A stretch of 64,000 bases of DNA from Bugula neritina (Eukaryota > Animalia > Bryozoa). This document shows positions 56,997 through 64,000 of this stretch, piece by piece. Position numbers and translations under genes: made by a program. Under the pieces are notes generated by a model. The model was not told the origin of the DNA, made no database searches, and saw nothing but the letters and a program-made list of their open reading frames with translations. The stretch is from NCBI GenBank assembly GCA_964035545.1, contig OZ037767.1:11790581-11854580 (forward strand). Direction: 5' to 3'. Every line of letters starts with the position of its first letter. Positions within the stretch are counted from its first letter, which is position 1.

Positions 56997-58180
56997 CTTG
57001 GTTTGTCTGTAATTTCCAAGTTTATTTTCACCACCTACATATTTCATAGTCACACAGCATTATAACTATGATATAAATGTTGAAAATCTCTATAAGCGAC
57101 TTGCCAACTGCACATAATAAACAGAGATGTCACAAATTCTACTTTATAAATTGCTATGAATATGATATATATCATACTCTTTGTTATTAGCTTACACCTA
57201 TAACATTTATTAGTGTGGCCTGCAAGTTAATGGCAACCTACTATTGTACAATACTTGTTTACATAGTCAGTCTTTGTTTTACAATATAAATGCTCGTTCT
57301 ATATGATTCGTGCACAGTGTGGAATGTAATAAAATTTTCTAGGTTATGTATCAATCTAATCTAAAAGCAGATTCTTTATTTGTAAAGAGGAGTTTAATAA
57401 TAAATTTCTTATGCACCACACAGCTCAACAAAGACCATTATATCATGACAGGACATCTCATCTTTAATTCTGGCAGAGAAAGACAGCTTCATATTTTCAG
57501 ACATCAGATATTTCTAAGTGAACCGTCACATTGCACACCAACTTTGTGACAATAGACTTGTCTAATCTTGCATTTTTAACCTGAGGCCATCTACTATATT
57601 GCCTAAGGTCACCCGATATATAATCTAAGGTCATTTGCTATATTATACATACTTAAACCATAGGCAAGTAGGTTTATTATTCAGCAGCAATATATTTTAC
57701 TCAAGACATTTCCAAGACTAACACAATGGCCTAAAGATTTTATAACTCACAACAAACATATTATTCGACAACATGTACTGACAAACACTATCAATAGATG
57801 TGCCATTAATCTTGCCACAATTCATATCAAAAAAATTGTTCAACTGCTTATATGATACTGATATGAATTAATTTTGATGGGGTGGGGAGTTGAGTAGATT
57901 TCACCTTTCTGAATAATACAAAGAAGTTCAAACCACTAAAAAGCTTTTCATTCAAGTTAATTTAAGTAAAAACATTTAATAGTATCCTTAATTTAATAGC
58001 ATAATATATATAGCCTATATTATGATTGTCATCGTCATTATGCTATATTAACTAATTAAATTTAATAAGATTATATTTACTCTTTACTCATAAGTGATAC
58101 TAATTAACTGTTAGCCAATTATGTTACATTGTGATTGAGTTTTACTGGCTATCAAGTGATCACTATCAGACTATCAATAT

Positions 58181-58615
58181 TGTAGTAGTTTTGTGGGTAG
58201 AATGCAGTTTAAGTGAGGAGCATAACTCCAGTATAGTAAGAAAAAGATGTGGTAGTGATCTCGAGTACATAAATCTTTATTGTAGAGTAAATAGCTGATA
58301 GAGGTAGTCTTGATCCGGCAAGCTCCAGTAGTAGACTGATTCTACACTGCGAGCTCGCCTTCTTTTATACAAGAAAAAGTTCTTCGTTTTCATCCTGTCC
58401 GATTGTCAGAGTCTGACAATCGGCACCTTCCGACAATCGGACTCCGACATTGGTACTTTGGTCCGATGTCGGAGCCCGACAATCGGCACTAGTGCCGACA
58501 ATCGGACAGGATCGAATAACATAATCGCATTACATTATTGTTAAAAATAAAAATAAAATTGATGCATGGAAAGCCAACTCTAATATAATATATTATTATA
58601 TATATTTCCACTACA
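58181..58615 (-). mobile_element. Solo LTR (435 bp)
   Basis: TGTAGT...ACTACA inverted termini and ATAT 4-bp TSD. On the minus strand TATAAAA (~58368-58362) precedes AATAAA (~58261-58256). Internal CCGACAATCGG repeats. Confidence 0.8.
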
Positions 58616-59199
58616 ATATGAATATCAGTTCATTCATCATTCATGACTCCTTGAGTTACGATTATCAGTATGAGTATGAGTATCAGTTTGAGTAACTCAG
58701 TATGAGTATTATTACCATCATCATTATGATTATCATTATCAATTTCGCCATCAGCATCACTATAATTATAGTCTATAACTATAAATATAAGTATAACTTA
58801 AACAATTTACGATGGGCATAATATTAATAATATCAGTATGAGTATGATACAGTGAGTTCTGAGTATTAGTATGACTGTATTAGTGTGTGAGTATCAGTAT
58901 GGCCATAACTATTAGTATTACTGTATTACTATTACTATTAGTATTACACTTACACTTAGTCTTAAACTTACAGTATCAGTATGAGTAACACTAACAGTAT
59001 GACTAGGAGTAGGAGTATCAGTATCAGTATGAGTATGAGATTGAGTATAACTGATAAATGATAATCTAGTTTTCTACAAGTCTAGTTCTGATTTATAGTC
59101 ATTACCTGTTATAGTTTAGAACCAACTTACTTATACTCGCACCATAAAGTGATTTTAAATATATCAATATGTTATATCTTAAGACTTAAAAGGTTAATT

Positions 59200-59730
59200 T
59201 TAACCTGCCGAATAAACTTGACGTTCGTCTGTGCGTTTTGTTTCAGTTTGCCTGATTTTGTGAGAAAAGTTGTTATTTGAATCGCTCGGCAGTTGCTAGC
59301 TAGAGTGCTGCTGTAATATTATGGCCTTTAACCCTTGGATCAAAAGCTAGGCTTTATAACAATAGTAATTAATGATCTTAGCCTATTCAACAGTTTGCAT
59401 TTGAAGGTGACAACTCCGGTGTTACATAATCATGATCGACTTTTTCATCACCTTCATATAAATAGGCCGTTTGTAGAATGTTCTGCTCTGTGAGATACTG
59501 AATTATCTAATTTGAAAAGGCAACAACTTTTTTTTGGCAATAACGATTACGTTTTTGTCGAACCAAATAATTGTTTGTTTATTGCACGTAAGTTCGTTGG
59601 TCAAATAGGTCTAGCTGCCGAGTGGACAAGACAGCGCTTCCCATATCGGGCTATCGAGTTATCTTCGTTATTTATGTAGTTGTTTCGATTACTGAAAATC
59701 ATCATGATCATCATCGTGACCGTCTAGGAC
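59200..59730. promoter_or_regulatory. Probable bidirectional promoter region for the ARSB-like gene and YME1L
   Basis: Locally CpG-enriched island between divergent genes. Candidate donors point outward: CAG|GTTA (minus, ~59204) and C|GTAAGT (plus, 59588). Candidate acceptors lie just upstream of both ATGs (57035; 61662 or 61689). Confidence 0.45.
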
Positions 59731-61712
59731 TGTCATGATGATGATGATTTTCCAATTTCATATTTGTACTCACTTCCATTGGTGATTGGAATTTATTATT
59801 TTTTACACTGATCTCCTTGTCACACGGTGTTAATTGATTAATGAAGTCTATCGTCATTAAATTTTGGTTTTTTTCCCCTTAAGTTCAAGTTGTAATTAAC
59901 TCAATATGAAATTGAATATTAACTGTAATAGTAATACTAATACTAAATAAGTCTAATACTAATAGTAATACCAATACTAATAGTTATAGTAATACTAATA
60001 GTAATAGTAATAAGCTGAGATTTTACTCTTAGTCTTAATTTTAGTTATACTAATACTTAATAGTTAATTTTATACACTTAGTCTTACAGGTGACGCTGTG
60101 AGTTGAACCTAAAATGTAAAGTTTAACTTAAAGTCGAACTGAAACCTAAAGTTACTCACAGTCACTGTCACATTCAGTTTCACTGATTAACTTAAAAGTA
60201 AAATTTATTGTTTAACTGAGACTAAATCAAAATAATTATGACAATCACTTTAAGTTTATGACAATGATAATCATAATGATGATGTTTATGTTGTGCTCAT
60301 ACTGATACTCATAGTGTCATACTCAGACTGATACTTGATAGTGATACTGATAATCATAGCCATAGTGATAATGGTAATCGTACTGCAAGTGCAAAAGTAA
60401 ATGTAACACCAAGTTCAGTCTTTTCTTAAACTTGAAATTTTAGTTTAACTTTTTTACTTTTACTTTTAGTCTTACTCTTACTCTTATTCTTAGTCTCATT
60501 AATGTCACCCAGTTATCATAATTATTCACTTCGATTTAATTACTTACTCTCACTCTCAACTTGAACTTATGATAATCATAAAGATAATGGTTGTTTAATC
60601 TTCAACTTTTAAGTGTTAGAGTTGAAATTATACTAATACTTAGCTCTTGGCATTTCAAGTTGAAGTTATAGTTACACTTGTTAGTTAGTGTAGCTCTTAG
60701 TAGGGGATTCTGTCTTGAAGTTACTTATACTTAGCCTTGTTCTTGATCCTGCACTTTCAGTTTGGAAATATACTTAATGTTGAGGTTATTGTTGTGCTTA
60801 GTCTTACTGTTTAGAGTTGCTTTTAGTGACTTGCAGTTACTCTCGTCTTTGTATTACCAAGCATCAATCTCAGTTAGTAGTCTTAGTACATTATTTAAAT
60901 TAAAAAGTTATTTACTGCCTACTCGTGGTCATACTCATACTGGTATCATAATTAATTTTATTCACTCATCTTTTGAAATTATTTATCAATAGGCTATATA
61001 AATTAGAATACTAATAGCAGTTTATATTTCAATTGAATTCAATAATATTCGAAAATAGATTTTCAACAACTACTATAACTATTGATTTCGAAAGTATTTT
61101 TTAGATTTAAAGGTATCTGGTAAGTCTTAGGCTAAAGCTACAAGTTGTGGAATTTGTATTTCAGTTTTAAATTTATGGTAACCGTAATATTCATGTTAAT
61201 GTAAAAATTGTCTTATAATGAATCAGATCATTTTTTTCATGACAATCATTATTATTATTACTACGAGTAATATGGTAAATATCATCATTATGGCTGTGGC
61301 GCCCATTATGATAATCATTGTGACAATAACTCTTTATAAATATGAATGCAATTTTTATGAGGATTGTACCAGGTGGTCATAAAATAATACTAATAAAATA
61401 ATATCAATATTTGATGTTAACACTCAACACATATTTCTGAATGAAAAAATAAGCTGCAGAATTTTCCAATGTTGACATGAGCAAAATGTTACCATTTTGT
61501 TGATCACTGACATTAAGGTCACAATATGGATTTAAACTTTATAAAAATTTGTTTTTAGATTTTGAATGTTTTTATCTCCATGGGCGATCATTTAAACAAA
61601 GTGAATGATAGAGCTGCTTTTACAACTAGCAATATGCCTTTAACTTTTTTTTCTTTACTTAGGACAATGCTGGTGATTTAAACTTACAGTAAAGTGAAAC
61701 ACATTCTGCAAG

Positions 61713-64000
61713 ATGGCTCTTATCACTACTAATCCACAGGTAAGGCTGTTTTATTTTCATTCTCTAGCAGTAGACTGGTACCCAAATGTGAATCCAATCA
61801 TCTAACATGCCAAGAATTGCTTTACATGTGGTAGAAATTTGATTGTTAATATTTGATAAGCATGCAGGAAGCCCTTATAATGTTTTCAGAACTTATACCT
61901 CTTCCACAATGCACTGCACTCTTGATGGGTCATGTGTTTCAAAAGTAGAAAGTATTTGACTTCACTTTTAATGAATGAATGGATGAACAATAAACTACGG
62001 AATCAAATATATATTATTTTAGTTGTTTAATATAATTTAATTGTTCAATTTATCATCAATTGTTGAAATATTATGCTACCTGAACTGCTGTGTCTTGAGT
62101 TTTGATTTCTGTTGTTGTGCATATTTTCTAGTCCCAAATCACTTGCATGTGGAGTGGACTTCGCCATCTCACTGTCGGACAACCGGGGCGCCAGAAAGTT
62201 CTGAAGAAAAGTGTCAAGGAAGAGGCTAATACACAGTCTGCTAATAAGGTTAGCAGCAGTTGATAGTCTTTAATTTTGATATTGCATGATTATACAAAGA
62301 ATATTATCTACTATCTAGTGTGAAGTTTGCAATACAACCTCCTGTTTCTTACTGTCAATCCAAGACCAAGTAGTTCATGTAGCATATAGATCTTTATTAC
62401 TGTTAGACTGTCACATTATTCTGTTCAACTCGAGCCTTATTAAAAATTATTCTTCATTTTAATAAAATTGTTCAAGAATCCTTAGATATGTTGCAATGAA
62501 ATGATATTTTCTTTCTAGCATACTTTGCCGTCATGTGTCCTAATACTAAAGGAAGTGGATCTCGATCCCATCACCCTGAATGCCACCAGAAGCAGGTCTG
62601 GTAACCCTTCCTGGTGGGTATCACACACGTCCGCCAATTCATTTCAACAAAATATTCAAGGTGAGTTACTCAGCAGACTCTACTTCTCTGTTCTTTTTAT
62701 ATATTAATATCTACTTCCTAACTGTCATACCAGATTTGTGCTGTTTTTTACTCTCTTGAAATCGGTCATCATTTTGAAGTTTTCACTGATTTAATTTCCA
62801 TTTCTTACCTTCAAGTTCTTTTTCTAATACAACAATGTTCATAATAAATTGATAGTTTTTGCAACCCAGGGCTGGTTTATTACTGCGATGTTTGGTTTTT
62901 GCTATGTTGATTAAAGAGGCCAGACAGGGGAAAAGAAAGTATCAAGTTGTGTGTTGGTATAACTTTTTTACTCCAAAATATTGTTTTTCTGATGGGAAAG
63001 ATGAAAAATTTCTACTTCCTTGTTGTACCTGGTTTGTGTTGCTGAATGCTACAACTAGGAGTAAGAGTTTTCTGTTGTGTTGCTGCAGCTAGTGATGCAG
63101 TCACAAGTTCCAGAGTCCAAGAAGTTTGCTCTGCTGTGTTTGATTCACGTCATCTACATCTTGGCTCTACTTTGCTAAATAGTAAGTGCTCAGTGCTGAG
63201 TATAATATAACTATAGGTTATAGTAACTTTCTGTTTGATAGCTGAACTAGTAATGTCCTTCTCACTTCTGCATTTATTCTAGTTATCGGTGCTTTTTATT
63301 TTCAGCTTTTGCAGTTAATTATATGACGTGTTATGAATAAGAGATAGTGCACTGTCCGAGAGCAAACGTATCTGTTTAACCTCGTCCTACTGAGTATTCT
63401 AGCCGTATTCTGTGTGAGCAATGTGTTTCTTTATCCGTTTCTGCAGATATAATGTGTCAGCAGACACGAGGGTTTAAAACAAAGCGGAGCGAATCCTCAG
63501 GCCTCAATGGTGCCAAGAAACTCGGCAGAATACAACCAATAAAAGTGCCTGCCAGCTCTAATAATGCCAACTTTGTAAGTTTATTTTTCTGAATTTCACA
63601 TCAATTTTATTTTGCATTATCTGCTCATTTATGTTCATCTTAAATTCGTGATTCTGTCTTAAATCTTTAGATATATGCAGTTCTAAGATAATAATTTCTC
63701 ATTAATTTTAAAAAACTGAAATCAATTCAGAATCTATGCACATAATATAAGTTTGGTAGTTAGAGATTTCTAGTTTTTAAAAAACTTCTGTCCGTTACAG
63801 ATTTACATCATACGGATTTGTAACTTAATAGTATGCCGAGCCAGCCATTACATGGTGGTTCAATTTCTGCTAGGAATTTGAATTAGTCACCAGTCAAGCT
63901 TGCATTTTCTCTTGACTAGTGTTCTACTTTTGCAAGTGACATATTTTCAGGATGAGATTTCCGGACTGTATGTCAACAGTAAATGTTCAGTTAAAGCCTT
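61713..64000 (+). CDS. YME1L1: Mitochondrial i-AAA protease YME1L, 5' exons (continues past the window)
   Basis: Exons 61713-61739, 62132-62248, 62519-62660, 63447-63574 and 63951 onward splice in frame (GT-AG). WWVSHTSANSFQQN, QTRGFKTKRS and VKA match the remembered YME1L N-terminal motifs WHTSHVSAQSFFEN, QSRGFKTLKS and FVKGF. The AAA domain is outside the window. Confidence 0.82.

Noticed and set aside
58395-58511. Short palindromic repeats resembling a CRISPR array
   Set aside because: No regular repeat-spacer period and no cas genes; eukaryotic context, inside a solo LTR.

Overview
AT-rich eukaryotic (invertebrate-animal-like) genomic DNA with spliceosomal introns; there are no CRISPR, rRNA or tRNA features. 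Positions 1-47246 are a head-to-tail array of three diverged ~15-16 kb units (1-14826, 14827-31128, 31129-47246). Each unit carries: (i) the last exons of an aldo-keto reductase (AKR) gene; (ii) upstream of them, a 5'-truncated Gypsy retrotransposon whose apparent 3' LTR is almost filled by a C2H2 zinc-finger/coiled-coil ORF; (iii) an (AT)n tract colonised by different Penelope-like elements (PLEs), three of which end in minimal hammerhead ribozymes; (iv) 2-3 nested copies of a ~1.9 kb repeat containing a decayed orphan ORF. Unit-specific insertions are a long-TIR MITE (unit 2) and a Tc1 element (unit 3). The unique right part holds a complete 10-coding-exon arylsulfatase B-like gene (minus strand, 492 aa) and, divergently, the 5' exons of YME1L. 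Between them lie a solo LTR and mirror-oriented simple-sequence tracts. All calls come from manual reading and remembered family motifs; no searches were run.
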